DNA of 64,000 bases from an uncultured Acidobacteriota bacterium (GCA_963817835.1 CAWFPZ010000019.1:37283-101282); one strand, 5' to 3'; counted from the first letter of the stretch, positions 46,558 to 56,455 are shown. The notes: generated by a model not told the origin, from the letters alone. Numbers and translations: made by a program.

Positions 46558-48141
46558 TCAATGCGAAGCCGGCTGCGCGGCAGGCTTCCACGCCTTCCCC
46601 GGCCGCGCGACGGCATACATCTCGGTCGCGATCACGTTGAGCAGGCCTCCACGATCTTCCTTGCCGTCGACCTGCATCGTGTACAGGTCGAAGTGCGTGC
46701 GGTCGGGAATGTAAGTGAAGTGTGCGCCGGCATTGAGCCCCTGCAACACCGCATCCAGCTTGTGCGCCGCGCCGTCCAGATAAAACGTGTCCGCGGTGCC
46801 CACAATTACGTGAATCTTGCCGCGCAGCAGCGGTCCCCGCTGCGACCACGTGGTGGTCACAATGTGCGCCAGGTCGTAGTGGTCGTGCCAGTAGGCCACC
46901 ACCGCCGGGTCAATGTCGCCCGTCGCGCGATTGAACATGGGCAACGGCCGCCCATCGCTGCCGCGCGGCGAGAACACCCAGTCAAACGACGTAAACTGCC
47001 CGCCATATGCGCCCTGCACCGTCTCGTCCCGCGCAAACTGCTCCGTTGTGCTCAATACCTTGTCGTGGTCACGGACAATTGGATACGGCGTGCCGTCCGC
47101 GCGATGGTACATGTTGGCATGCGGCGCATACAGATCGATGCCGGTGAAGTCGTGAAAGTCGCTCGGGTCGGGCGAAGTCGACCACGTGCCGCCGAAAATC
47201 TCCGGATAATTGATCTGCAACTGCAGCGTCGCCCAGCCGCCCGAGGAGTGCCCCTGCAGGAATCGCCCGCTCGGGCGTGCATCCATCCGATATTTTCTCT
47301 CGAGAAACGGAATGAACTCCGTCGTCAGCGCCGTGCCCCACGGTCCGTCATTCGCTGAGTCGGCAAATTCGTGCGTACCGGTTGCCCACGACTCGTCCAG
47401 CATCACCCAGATCATGGGAGGCATCAGGCCCCGCACCATCCGCTGGTAGATCGAGGAGCCGAACATTTCCGCGTAGTCAAGGTCGGCGCCGAATCCGTGC
47501 GTCCAGTACACGGCGGGGTAGTGAGCCTTGGCGTGCTCGTCATAGTCAGGCGGCAGCACCACCCACGCGCGAACGTGCACGGGCCGTGCGAAGAATGCAG
47601 TGAGCGCGGGGCTGGTCAAGTATTCAAGGCGCGCGTGGGCCACGAACTCGGGCGCAAGCTTTGGCGCCGGGAGCTCAGGCAATGTGGCGTTCAGCACCAG
47701 CACCGGCTCGGCGCCCGTACCCGGATGGAATGCTGCGAGCGGAACCACATCGCTCACCAGGTCGCCCGCCTCGCGGCCGCCATAAGCGTATGTGTGGCCC
47801 ACGTCGAGCACCGCCTGCGCCTGGTAATCGCCGGGCTTGAGCGATGAGAAGCCTTCCGGAAAGGCAATGTCGTCGGTGTCCACGTCGACCGACGCACCGG
47901 GCGCGAGGTACGGCACTTCTTTCGCCGCAATATAGACCGATGTTGGATGGAAGGGATCCTCGTCGATCTTCTCGGCACCGCTGCCGGCCGTCAGGAGGAT
48001 GAGCATGCGGCCGGAAGCGGGCGCAGTGAACTGCTGCCCCAGCGTGACACGGAAGAAAAGATGCTGCGGTTGCTGCGCCAAGCCGCTGGCCGCGCACAAG
48101 ACCACCGCGAGAACCGTGAGAAACCACCGGGAGATTCGCAT
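46558..48141 (-). CDS. Secreted alpha/beta hydrolase (enterochelin esterase-like)
   Basis: Signal peptide, YPAVYWTHGF, GHSSGG nucleophile elbow, and DTF…H catalytic candidates. Confidence 0.8.
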   Translation of the reverse strand: MRISRWFLTVLAVVLCAASGLAQQPQHLFFRVTLGQQFTAPASGRMLILLTAGSGAEKIDEDPFHPTSVYIAAKEVPYLAPGASVDVDTDDIAFPEGFSSLKPGDYQAQAVLDVGHTYAYGGREAGDLVSDVVPLAAFHPGTGAEPVLVLNATLPELPAPKLAPEFVAHARLEYLTSPALTAFFARPVHVRAWVVLPPDYDEHAKAHYPAVYWTHGFGADLDYAEMFGSSIYQRMVRGLMPPMIWVMLDESWATGTHEFADSANDGPWGTALTTEFIPFLERKYRMDARPSGRFLQGHSSGGWATLQLQINYPEIFGGTWSTSPDPSDFHDFTGIDLYAPHANMYHRADGTPYPIVRDHDKVLSTTEQFARDETVQGAYGGQFTSFDWVFSPRGSDGRPLPMFNRATGDIDPAVVAYWHDHYDLAHIVTTTWSQRGPLLRGKIHVIVGTADTFYLDGAAHKLDAVLQGLNAGAHFTYIPDRTHFDLYTMQVDGKEDRGGLLNVIATEMYAVARPGKAWKPAAQPASH

Positions 48142-48222
48142 GAAGAGAGTTTATAGGGTGTGTCGGCGGGGCGGGGAGTGCGGAACTTGAGGACACCTGA
48201 ACTGCGAATCTCGCCTCAAAGG

Positions 48223-48246
48223 AAAACCCCGGCCGAAGCCGGGGTT
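48223..48246 (-). terminator. Intrinsic terminator after rplS
   Basis: AACCCCGGC-TTCG-GCCGGGGTT followed by TT on the minus strand. Confidence 0.75.
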
Positions 48247-48312
48247 GTTGTCTTTTACTCAACGATCTCTGCTGGTCACTGACAGCTGGTCACTGCGGAC
48301 CAGGAACTGCGT

Positions 48313-48684
48313 CTACGCCCGGACTTTGCCGGTCGCGCGATCCACTTCCTTCAGGCGGGCAGCCTTGCCGCGCAATCCGCGCAGGTAGAACAGCTTGGCG
48401 CGCCGCACTTTGTAGCTGCGCACCAGGTCCACCTTGTCGACGACTCCGGAGTTGAAGGGGAAAATGCGTTCCACCCCTTGCCCAAAGCTCATCTTGCGCA
48501 CGGTAAACGTGCCCTGGGGGCCTTTGTTGATGGCGATCACCAGGCCCTCAAAGGCCTGCAACCTCTCTTTATCGCCTTCTTTGATCTTCACTTGCACGCG
48601 AATCTGGTCGCCGGGCACAAACTCCGGCAAATCGGTGCGCTTCAGCTTGTCAGCCAGGCGCTGCATTACGGGATGGATGGACAT
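48313..48684 (-). CDS. rplS: 50S ribosomal protein L19
   Basis: [26 protein letters not shown] and [10 protein letters not shown]. Confidence 0.98.
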   Translation of the reverse strand: MSIHPVMQRLADKLKRTDLPEFVPGDQIRVQVKIKEGDKERLQAFEGLVIAINKGPQGTFTVRKMSFGQGVERIFPFNSGVVDKVDLVRSYKVRRAKLFYLRGLRGKAARLKEVDRATGKVRA

Positions 48685-48909
48685 GGGTTCTTCCTACGAT
48701 GGACTTTCCTGAGTGATTCCTGCGAAGAAACGCAGAATAACCAGTTTATCAAAGATTCCCGGCTGCGCCTAATTCCTCTGGCCTCAATGTTCAGACCCCA
48801 TTTGGGCGATTTTCCTGCGCCGGTTGCCCCATCCTGATGGCGCTTGTTGCATTTTGGGCGAAATCGCAGTTTTCAGCCCGATGCGCGCCGTCTGCGCTAT
48901 ATTTTCCGC

Positions 48910-49380
48910 ATGGACGAAAAACGCGAACTGCTCCGCCATGCCTTGGCCACGCTCGCTTACCGCACGACCCGGATAATCGAGAATGCCCCCGAGTCCTTCG
49001 CCGAATTCGACGGCTGCGGCCGCCGCCCCGTGGAGATCCTGGCGCACATGGGCGATCTGCTGCAGTGGTCGCTCCACATGGCGCAGGGAACGAACCGCTG
49101 GGAAATCCATCTGCCCTATCCGTGGCATGCAGAGCAGAACCACTTCTACGTGCTGCTCGGCGCCTTCGACGAATATCTGGCCTCGGATGCACCCGTCCAG
49201 GCGCCCATTGAGCGCCTCCTCCAGGGCCCCATCGCGGACGCCCTCAGCCACGCCGGCCAACTCGCCATGATGCGCCGCCTTGCCGGCGCTCCCATCCGCG
49301 GCGAAAACTACTACGTTGCCGCGATCGCCGTGGGCCAGGTCGGCGCAGCGCAGCCGGCACCGATTCAACCGTTCAAGTAG
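48910..49380 (+). CDS. DinB-like four-helix bundle hypothetical protein
   Basis: ILAHMGDL and DALSHAGQLAMMRR His motifs. Confidence 0.6.
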   Translation: MDEKRELLRHALATLAYRTTRIIENAPESFAEFDGCGRRPVEILAHMGDLLQWSLHMAQGTNRWEIHLPYPWHAEQNHFYVLLGAFDEYLASDAPVQAPIERLLQGPIADALSHAGQLAMMRRLAGAPIRGENYYVAAIAVGQVGAAQPAPIQPFK

Positions 49381-49628
49381 CCCTTCGCGCCGATCCATCC
49401 CGCCCATCCGCTGCCTGATCTCCCTACCCCAATCTCGCTGGGCCGCGATCCCCCCGCGCGCCTTTCTTTGGCGTCAAAATCCACCTGCGATTTCACTGTT
49501 TATTCAAAAATGGCTGTTTTCTTAGAGGTAAGTCTTTAAAAATCAATGAATTCAATTTTATTATTGACAAACGTATATTTTTTGGATGACAATAGTGACG
49601 GTGACTGTCGTCGCCGTGGAGGTTTCAT

Positions 49629-50018
49629 ATGCGCCGTATACTCGTAGCCAGTCTTCTGCTCCCCTCGCTGTTCCTTCCCGCAGCGGCAAAAGCCAGCACG
49701 CCCGTGGACGACGCTTCTGCCCCAACCCCGGTGCGCATCAGCACCGGCGTCATCGCACCTGTTCTCATCGGCTCTCCCGTACTCTCTCTCCCCGCCGGCT
49801 TCTCCTTCGACATCGTCCCTTCGGACGCCCAGGTCCAGCTCTCTCTCACCGTCAACGCAAAAGGCGAACCCGAGAACATCCAGGTCGTCAGGTCATTCAG
49901 CCCCTTCGTTGACGCACGCGTGATCGAAACCGTCAGCCAGTTCCACTTCCGTCCCGGCACCATCGACAACCAACCGGTGGCTCTCGATCTCAACCTCACC
50001 GTGAACGTCACCCGCTAG
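49629..50018 (+). CDS. TonB C-terminal domain protein (short, secreted)
   Basis: Signal peptide; VQLSLTVNAKGEPENIQVVRS…FRPGTIDNQPV. Confidence 0.75.
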   Translation: MRRILVASLLLPSLFLPAAAKASTPVDDASAPTPVRISTGVIAPVLIGSPVLSLPAGFSFDIVPSDAQVQLSLTVNAKGEPENIQVVRSFSPFVDARVIETVSQFHFRPGTIDNQPVALDLNLTVNVTR

Positions 50019-50061
50019 CGCGCGTTTACCCCTGCTCGTGCACCTTCCCCCGGAAGCAGAG

Positions 50062-50095
50062 AACGCCAGGGCCAGTTACAGGACCGGCCCTGGCG
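50062..50095. terminator. Hairpin between convergent genes
   Basis: ACGCCAGGGCC…GGCCCTGGCGT 11-bp stem. Confidence 0.6.
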
Positions 50096-50163
50096 TCTCC
50101 GCACATCATTCCACCTGCCGGGCAGCTTGAGCCCCGCGGTCAATCAATTGTTCCCGCGTTCTT

Positions 50164-51774
50164 CTATTTGGCCTCAGTCTCCTTGCCGTTATCGTGCTCG
50201 TCGACAGGTCCTGCTATTAGATTGATCGGCACTTTGATCGGCACTGTGGCAGCCCTCGCCGGAGCCGATGCCAGATGTCTCACCTCGGCCGGCGCAGTCG
50301 CAGTTCTTGCGGGCGCGACCGGAGCCCCCATGGCGTGCTTTAGATCCACCAGCGCCCCGCCGTACTCGACGTAATCCTTGATGCAGCTGCCTTGCACGGC
50401 GTGGAAACGCGCCAGAGCCGCGGTGCGCTTTTGATGCGCCAGCGCACTCTCGCCAACGTAGAAATTCACCTCGCAAGCCCGGCCCACGTGGGTTTCCGGA
50501 TCGGGATCGGCGGCCGCGGCCATCAGATCGTCATCCGTCATCTGCCCCAGGTAGTACTTCAGCACCGGACCGGGCCAGTACGACAGGTTGGCCTTCTGCG
50601 CTACCTCTTCCAGTTCTTCGTTGCCCGCGATATGCAGCCGCCACTTGGCGATATGAAGCCACAACGCCGCGTAGACCGCCGTGGAAGTGGAGGGATCGGC
50701 GCCGATGGCGAGTTCGAAATCCGCCGTTGCCTGGCTGGACTGCCCGGCCAGAAAATGCGCGGTTCCCCGCTCCAGAAAGGCATACTGCCGGTTGGGCTGA
50801 AGCTCCAGGGCCTTATCGAAGTCCGAGATCGCAAGTGGGTACTGGCCCTTCTCGTAGTACTCCAGGCCGCGCACTGCGAATCCGTCCGAATCCTTCGGCT
50901 CCATCTCGATGTACTTCCCCATGGTGGTGATCGCGGCATCGTACTGGCCCTCGAGACCAGAGGTGAGGCCGAGATAGTAATAGGCGAGCGGATAGTCGCT
51001 CTTCACGTGCAACGCATGGTTGTACTCGCCGATCGCCTCATCGTACTGACTCTGGTGTCGATAGGCGTTACCGCGGCTTTCATACCCATCCGGATCGTTG
51101 GGCTGGAGCGCGATGTAGCGCGTAAACCAGGTCACGGCCTCCGCGTATTCCTTCTTGTCGCTATTCACCACGCCGGTGTTGTAGGTCGCCAATGCGTGAT
51201 TTGGATCGACGCGCAGCGCGGCCTGGTAATCCTCGAGAGCGCGGTCGTAGTCGCCCTTCGCCATGTAGGCATGACCGCGGTTATTAAAGCCATCGGGATC
51301 GGTGGACGCCTTCTGTAAGTACACGTCGTAATCGGCGATGGCCTTGTCCCACTCTTTCTTGTCGCCCCAACCGTTGCCGCGGTTGTAGTAAGCCAGCGCG
51401 TAGTTGGGATCGATGCGGATCGCGTCGTCGTAGTCGGCCATGGCGCGGTCGATCTCGCCCTTGTCGGCGTAGACATTTCCTCGCGTGTTCAGCGCGCCGG
51501 CAAAGTCCGGCTTCAGTTTCAGGGCCTGATCCAGATCCTGCAAAGCCAGGTCGTATTCCTTTTTGTCACGGTAGGCGATGCCGCGGTCGAAGTAGGCGCT
51601 GGCCAAATCGACTGCAGTTTCCTGACCGGCCTGGATAAGCGCCGTGCAACCGGCGATGCTGGTATCGGGATCGTCGGCCTTGCACTTATTCCAGTTTTCG
51701 TCGCGGGTTTGGCCCATGGCGGCCACCGCGGCCCCCAGCAGTAGACATGCGAAGAATCCACCTCTGCGAATCAT
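50164..51774 (-). CDS. Secreted tetratricopeptide repeat protein (NlpI-like C-terminus), paralog 2
   Basis: Signal peptide, about 9 TPRs, and ALWLH…WPGPVLKYYLG…CEVNFYVGE. Confidence 0.9.
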   Translation of the reverse strand: MIRRGGFFACLLLGAAVAAMGQTRDENWNKCKADDPDTSIAGCTALIQAGQETAVDLASAYFDRGIAYRDKKEYDLALQDLDQALKLKPDFAGALNTRGNVYADKGEIDRAMADYDDAIRIDPNYALAYYNRGNGWGDKKEWDKAIADYDVYLQKASTDPDGFNNRGHAYMAKGDYDRALEDYQAALRVDPNHALATYNTGVVNSDKKEYAEAVTWFTRYIALQPNDPDGYESRGNAYRHQSQYDEAIGEYNHALHVKSDYPLAYYYLGLTSGLEGQYDAAITTMGKYIEMEPKDSDGFAVRGLEYYEKGQYPLAISDFDKALELQPNRQYAFLERGTAHFLAGQSSQATADFELAIGADPSTSTAVYAALWLHIAKWRLHIAGNEELEEVAQKANLSYWPGPVLKYYLGQMTDDDLMAAAADPDPETHVGRACEVNFYVGESALAHQKRTAALARFHAVQGSCIKDYVEYGGALVDLKHAMGAPVAPARTATAPAEVRHLASAPARAATVPIKVPINLIAGPVDEHDNGKETEAK

Positions 51775-51931
51775 GTTTGCCGCCTCTCCGGTTTAAAAAA
51801 TTGAAGGCGAAATCAGAATACACTGGCTTGATTTCTCAGAGAGTGCCTTTCTAGACGCCGGAGCGGTCGGTTTTCCGGGAGCGGCCGTTCGCAGACCCTT
51901 AGTTCGTAGGCCCTTGTCCCTGTTCTTCCAG

Positions 51932-52037
51932 CGCTTCCAGCGTCCGCTGGTCCTCGGCGCTCAGGGTAGCCCGCTCCAGCAGTTCCGGCCGGTTCCTCAG
52001 CGCCTTCTTCAGTTGCTGTTCGCGCCGCCCGCGCCGG
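51932..52037 (-). pseudogene. Duplicated 106-bp 3' segment of trmD
   Basis: Colinear with 53860-53965 and has only a few substitutions (…EQQLKKALRNRPELLERATLSAEDQRTLEA). Confidence 0.85.
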
Positions 52038-52039
52038 TT

Positions 52040-53527
52040 TTACCGTCTGGTCGTCGACTTCGCAGCGGCCGCCGGCGCCACCGACAAGCGTTTCAGCTCG
52101 GCGACAGTGGCGGCGTACTCGTAGTAGCTCTTCGGGCAGCCGTCGCGCGCGGATTTGAGCCGCAACAGGCCGGCAGTGCGCTGCTGGTGAAGCAGCGAAT
52201 CCTCGCCGGCGTAGAAATTTGCTTCGCAGATCTGCCCCTGCTGGGTTTGGGGATCGGGATTGGCAGCCCCGACCATGACCTCATCGCTTGTCCCTTGCCC
52301 AAGGTAGAGCTTGAGCACCGCGCCCGGCCATTTCGAAAGGTCTGCTTTCTGGGCCACGTTTTTGAGCTCCTCGGTGGCGTCCTGGTGCAGCCGCGCTTTG
52401 GTCATGCGCAGCCACAATGCCGCGTAGACAGCCGAGGACGAGGAGGAATCGACGCCGATGGCAAGTTCGAAATCCGCCGCCGCTTCGGCGTTCTGCCCGG
52501 CCAGAAGGTGCGCGCAGCCAATATCGAAAAACATGTTGGCCTGATTCGCTTTCAACTCCTTGGCCTGGTCGTAGTCCTCGATGGCCTGCGCGTACTGGCC
52601 CTTTTGGTAATAGCCCAGGCCACGCATGGTGAATCCGTCCGGGTCCTTCGGCTCCAACTCGATGTACTTGGTCTCGTCCGTCACCGCCGTTTCGTAAAGC
52701 CCCTGGCGTTCGTGCGCTAATCCCAGGTAATAGTAGGCGAGCGAATAATCCGCCTTCACCTGCAGGGAATGGTTGAAATCCGCGATGGCTTCATCGAACT
52801 GGCCCTGGCGCCGGTAGGCGTTGCCACGGCTTTCATACCCGTCCGGATCGTTGGGCTTGAGCGCAATGTAGCGCGTGAACCAGGTCACTGCCTGCGCGTA
52901 GTCCAACTTATCGCTCTCCGCTACGCCGGTGTTGTAGATCGCCAGCGCATGATTGGGATTGAGTCGCAGTGCTGCCTGGTAATCCACGAGTGAGCGGTCG
53001 TAGTCGCCCTTTGCCATGTAGGCGTGGCCGCGGTTGTTAAAGCCATCGGGATCGGCGGGCGCTTTCACCACATACACGTCGTAATCGGCGATGGCCTTGT
53101 CCCACTCTTTCTTGTTGCCCCAGGCGTTGCCGCGGTTGTAGTAGGCTAGCGCGTAGTTCGGATCGATGCGGAGGGCATCATTGTAATCGGAGATGGCGCG
53201 GTCGTACTCGCCCTCGTCGGAGTAGACATTGCCGCGGGTGTTGAGCGCCCCGGCAAAGTCCGGCTTGAGTTTCAGTGCCTGATTCAGGTCCTGCATGGCC
53301 TGGTCGTCCTCTTTTTTCTGACGGTAGGCAATGCCGCGGTCAAAGTAGGCGCTGGCCTGATCGGTGGTCGATTCCTGGCCCGACTGGATCAGCGCCGTGC
53401 AACCGGCGACGCTGGTGTCGGGATCGTCGGCCTTGCACTTATCCCAGTTTTGGTCGCGGGTTTGCCCCACGGCGGCCACTGTGGCGCCGAGTAGAAGACA
53501 TGCGAAGAAACCACTCCTGCGAATCAT
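52040..53527 (-). CDS. Secreted tetratricopeptide repeat protein, paralog 1
   Basis: Highly similar to 50164..51774 along its length (MIRRxGFFACLLLGA…KCKADDPDTS…). Confidence 0.9.
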   Translation of the reverse strand: MIRRSGFFACLLLGATVAAVGQTRDQNWDKCKADDPDTSVAGCTALIQSGQESTTDQASAYFDRGIAYRQKKEDDQAMQDLNQALKLKPDFAGALNTRGNVYSDEGEYDRAISDYNDALRIDPNYALAYYNRGNAWGNKKEWDKAIADYDVYVVKAPADPDGFNNRGHAYMAKGDYDRSLVDYQAALRLNPNHALAIYNTGVAESDKLDYAQAVTWFTRYIALKPNDPDGYESRGNAYRRQGQFDEAIADFNHSLQVKADYSLAYYYLGLAHERQGLYETAVTDETKYIELEPKDPDGFTMRGLGYYQKGQYAQAIEDYDQAKELKANQANMFFDIGCAHLLAGQNAEAAADFELAIGVDSSSSSAVYAALWLRMTKARLHQDATEELKNVAQKADLSKWPGAVLKLYLGQGTSDEVMVGAANPDPQTQQGQICEANFYAGEDSLLHQQRTAGLLRLKSARDGCPKSYYEYAATVAELKRLSVAPAAAAKSTTRR

Positions 53528-53725
53528 CTTTGCCGCCTCTCCGGATTGTGGAAATTGAAGGCGGGATCATAATACACTCCATTGGAATTCCTGAGGATAA
53601 CCCTTCCGTTCAGGATGACCCTTCCGTTTGGTCCTGCGAGGATGACCCTTTCGTTCGGTCCTGCAATCGGTTTCCAGGTTCAACGGTTTTTCCGTTCCTG
53701 GAACTGGCTGCATAAACCCGGCTTT

Positions 53726-53753
53726 GAAAGGGCACGGCTTTAGCCGTGCCCTT
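53726..53753. repeat. REP-like hairpin AAGGGCACGGCT-TT-AGCCGTGCCCTT
   Basis: Perfect 12-bp stem; same family as 23852. Confidence 0.75.
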
Positions 53754-53829
53754 GAGGACGCATATACCGAGGGCCTTGAGGTCTCGAAGGATGTTTTTCA
53801 TTCGCCTTCGCGCATCGACGAAACCAGCG

Positions 53830-54714
53830 TCAATCCGTATCCGATCCCAGCTCTCGCAACGCTTCCAGCGTCCGCCGGTCCTCGGTGCTCAGGGTAGCCC
53901 GCTCCAGCAGTTCCGGCCGGTTCCTCAGCGTCTTCTTCAGTTGCTGTTCGCGCCGCCAGCGCCGGATCTGGGCGTGATCGCCATTCATCAGGACTTGCGG
54001 GGTCTCAAGTCCGCCAAACTCCGCAGGCCGCGTGTAATGCGGATAGTCCAGCAATCCTCCCGCTCCATGTTGTGACCGCGGAACCCCTTCCACATCCGCG
54101 ACGATTTCCGCGTCCGCCGCGCCAAAGCTCTCAAACTCGCCCGAGGCCTCATTGCCCAGCACGCCCGGAATCAGGCGCATAGTCGCGTCCACCACCACTG
54201 CTGCCGCCGGCTCGCCTCCGCTCAACACATAGTCGCCGATGGAAAGCTCCATGTCGCAGTAAAGTTCGTTGATTCTCTCGTCCACGCCCTCATACCGCCC
54301 GCAAATCAGCACTACGCGTTCCAATCCAGCCAGTTCCCGCGCCACTGCCTGCGTAAAGACCCTCCCCTGCGCCGACAGCAGAATCACGCGCGTCCGATCC
54401 ACAGAATGGTCATCCTGAGCGGAGATCGCGGAAGCGATCGAAGTCGAAGGACCCGCACTTCCTCCCTTGTCTCCGGCCTTCTTCGCAACTCCGAGACTCT
54501 CCAGCGCCTCCGCCAGCGGCTCCGGCTTCAGCACCATCCCCTCGCCGCCGCCGAACGGGCGGTCGTCCACCGTGCGATGACGGTCGTGCGTAAATTCGCG
54601 CAGATCGTGCAGCCGGATCTCGATCAATTTCTCGGTTTGCGCACGGCGCACGATCCCTTGCGCAAACACACTCTCAAAGAACCCGGGAAAGATGGTGACA
54701 ATGTCGAACAGCAT
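53830..54714 (-). CDS. trmD: tRNA (guanine-37-N1)-methyltransferase
   Basis: FDIVTIFP, HRTVDDRPFGGGEGM, CGRYEGVDER, SIGDYVLSGGE, LLDYPHYTRP and GDHAQI. Confidence 0.97.
   Translation of the reverse strand: MLFDIVTIFPGFFESVFAQGIVRRAQTEKLIEIRLHDLREFTHDRHRTVDDRPFGGGEGMVLKPEPLAEALESLGVAKKAGDKGGSAGPSTSIASAISAQDDHSVDRTRVILLSAQGRVFTQAVARELAGLERVVLICGRYEGVDERINELYCDMELSIGDYVLSGGEPAAAVVVDATMRLIPGVLGNEASGEFESFGAADAEIVADVEGVPRSQHGAGGLLDYPHYTRPAEFGGLETPQVLMNGDHAQIRRWRREQQLKKTLRNRPELLERATLSTEDRRTLEALRELGSDTD
54409..54460. repeat. GTCATCCTGAGCG…AGTCGAAGGACC element inserted in-frame in trmD
   Basis: Same ends as 7244-7296 with the hairpin GATCGC-GGAA-GCGATC; encodes GPSTSIASAISAQDD. Confidence 0.75.
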
Positions 54715-54802
54715 ACTGACGATGATAGAAGCTCGACCGTCCGCCCGAGTCCACCCGTTCAAGCACCGCTCATAAATGGAGTGATCTGAGAATGCGCGGT
54801 CG

Positions 54803-56455
54803 TCATGCGACGATGGTGCCCATAAGATACAGGGCTCCCGGCTTCGCCGTGAAGGCGTCGTCGTGTTCCGGTGTGACAGGCACTCGTTCCTGAGCTTTGC
54901 GCAGCAGGGTCTGGAATTCCTCGGCCGTGACTGGATGTCCGTAAAGCCAGCCCTGGCCGTAGATTTTTTGCGTGACGCGGGAGAAATAATCGGCTTGGTG
55001 GTCGGATTCAACGCCCTCCACAACCACTTCCAGATTGAGCGATTTGGCCATGGCCAGGATCTGCGGCAGAATGGCCGCGGCCACCGACTCCGTGCCGATG
55101 ACCTTGGTGAAGGCCTTGTCGATCTTGATGGTGTCGGCAAACAGATACAGCAGCTTGTCCAGATTCGAGGTGCCGGTGCCAAAGTCGTCGATATGAATGC
55201 TGTGTCCCCTGCTCCGCAGACTGCGAATCGTCTCCATGGCCACGACGCCGTTGGCCGCCGACCTTTCCGTAATCTCAATCACCAGGTTCTCCGGCCTAAC
55301 CTGTGCCCGATCCAGAGATTCCTTCAGCATGGGTAGAAACTTTGCGTCGACAAGGTCCGCCGCAGCCACGTTCACGCTTAGACGAAAGTTGGGATTGTTG
55401 TAGAACGTCTTTGCAAAATCGTGCAACGACCGATGCAACACGGCTTTCGTGATCTCTCCCACAATACCGAGCGCTTCGGCCATCCCTACAAAGACATCGG
55501 GATCCACCTCATTGCCTGCTTCATCGGTCCATCGCGCCAACGCCTCTGCCCCCACGATGGATCGAGTGGGAAGATCGACGATGGGCTGATAGACCACCTT
55601 CAATTCGTTGCGTCGCACGGCCCGGCGAAGCTGCTGGCCCAGTTCCTGGCTGCGGTCGTATGCGAACCAAAACATCATCCCGCACAAAACGCCGAACAGA
55701 CCTCCCGCGAGAGAGCTTGCCGTTATCAGATTGGCTCCGCGATGCAATGCGTCGGAAACAGTGGTAGAGGCCGTCACGCAGTTGGAATGAAGAGTCGAAC
55801 ACCGCGTCGCATAGAGCGTGTCGCCCACGCGGCCCGATCCGTCTGCGGTCCGATTTGGCTCATTATCTTGGGGCGCTCCGTTGGCGCCAGGGCTCATTTG
55901 CTTTCCGGCAGCGTTCTGCGTTGTGGCGGAGAATTGCATCGCGACGGGCTCTGGACTGGGGGGCAGGGTTGCGCCCAGCACCACCACGTAGACACTATCC
56001 AGTTGCAGAGCCGTCCTCTGCGCGCTGGAACCACGCTCCGGGACTAAATAGCTGTAGACAACGGCACCATCATTCCATTGCCTCTCCGGCTTGAACGACC
56101 CCATCGGCTGGCTCTGACGGCCCATGGCGGCAGAGCATACGATGTTCCCTCTATCGATGCGTCCCGCATCTTTAACGTATTCCGAGTGGAAGATGAGCCC
56201 GCGGAAATAGCTTATTTCAGCGCCTGAGCAATAGGGGTAGGGCGAAGCCTTCAGGACATCGAGAAGGCTGCGCGCCTCTGCCAAGGATGCGTTGTCCTGC
56301 GCCACCCGGAGCTTTACGTACCCGTCAAGCCAGGTTGAGGCCTGGCTGAGCGATAGGGAGTAGCCCAGCAGAAAGCCGACCACTATGCCGACCGCCGCCA
56401 GTGTGATGGCCACAGCTCGGGCGATCAGAGCGCGACGCGATTGGGCTTGGCCCAT
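54803..56455 (-). CDS. CSS-motif sensor + EAL c-di-GMP phosphodiesterase
   Basis: TM-periplasmic domain with a Cys pair (YPYCS…IVCSA)-TM-EAL (EALARW, EITE, DDFGTG, KIDK, EGVE, QGW). Confidence 0.85.
   Translation of the reverse strand: MGQAQSRRALIARAVAITLAAVGIVVGFLLGYSLSLSQASTWLDGYVKLRVAQDNASLAEARSLLDVLKASPYPYCSGAEISYFRGLIFHSEYVKDAGRIDRGNIVCSAAMGRQSQPMGSFKPERQWNDGAVVYSYLVPERGSSAQRTALQLDSVYVVVLGATLPPSPEPVAMQFSATTQNAAGKQMSPGANGAPQDNEPNRTADGSGRVGDTLYATRCSTLHSNCVTASTTVSDALHRGANLITASSLAGGLFGVLCGMMFWFAYDRSQELGQQLRRAVRRNELKVVYQPIVDLPTRSIVGAEALARWTDEAGNEVDPDVFVGMAEALGIVGEITKAVLHRSLHDFAKTFYNNPNFRLSVNVAAADLVDAKFLPMLKESLDRAQVRPENLVIEITERSAANGVVAMETIRSLRSRGHSIHIDDFGTGTSNLDKLLYLFADTIKIDKAFTKVIGTESVAAAILPQILAMAKSLNLEVVVEGVESDHQADYFSRVTQKIYGQGWLYGHPVTAEEFQTLLRKAQERVPVTPEHDDAFTAKPGALYLMGTIVA

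Noticed and set aside
54715-55278. N-terminal extension of TrmD (482-aa ORF)
   Set aside because: It overlaps the EAL gene in another frame; the TrmD fold starts at MLFDIVTIFP (54714).
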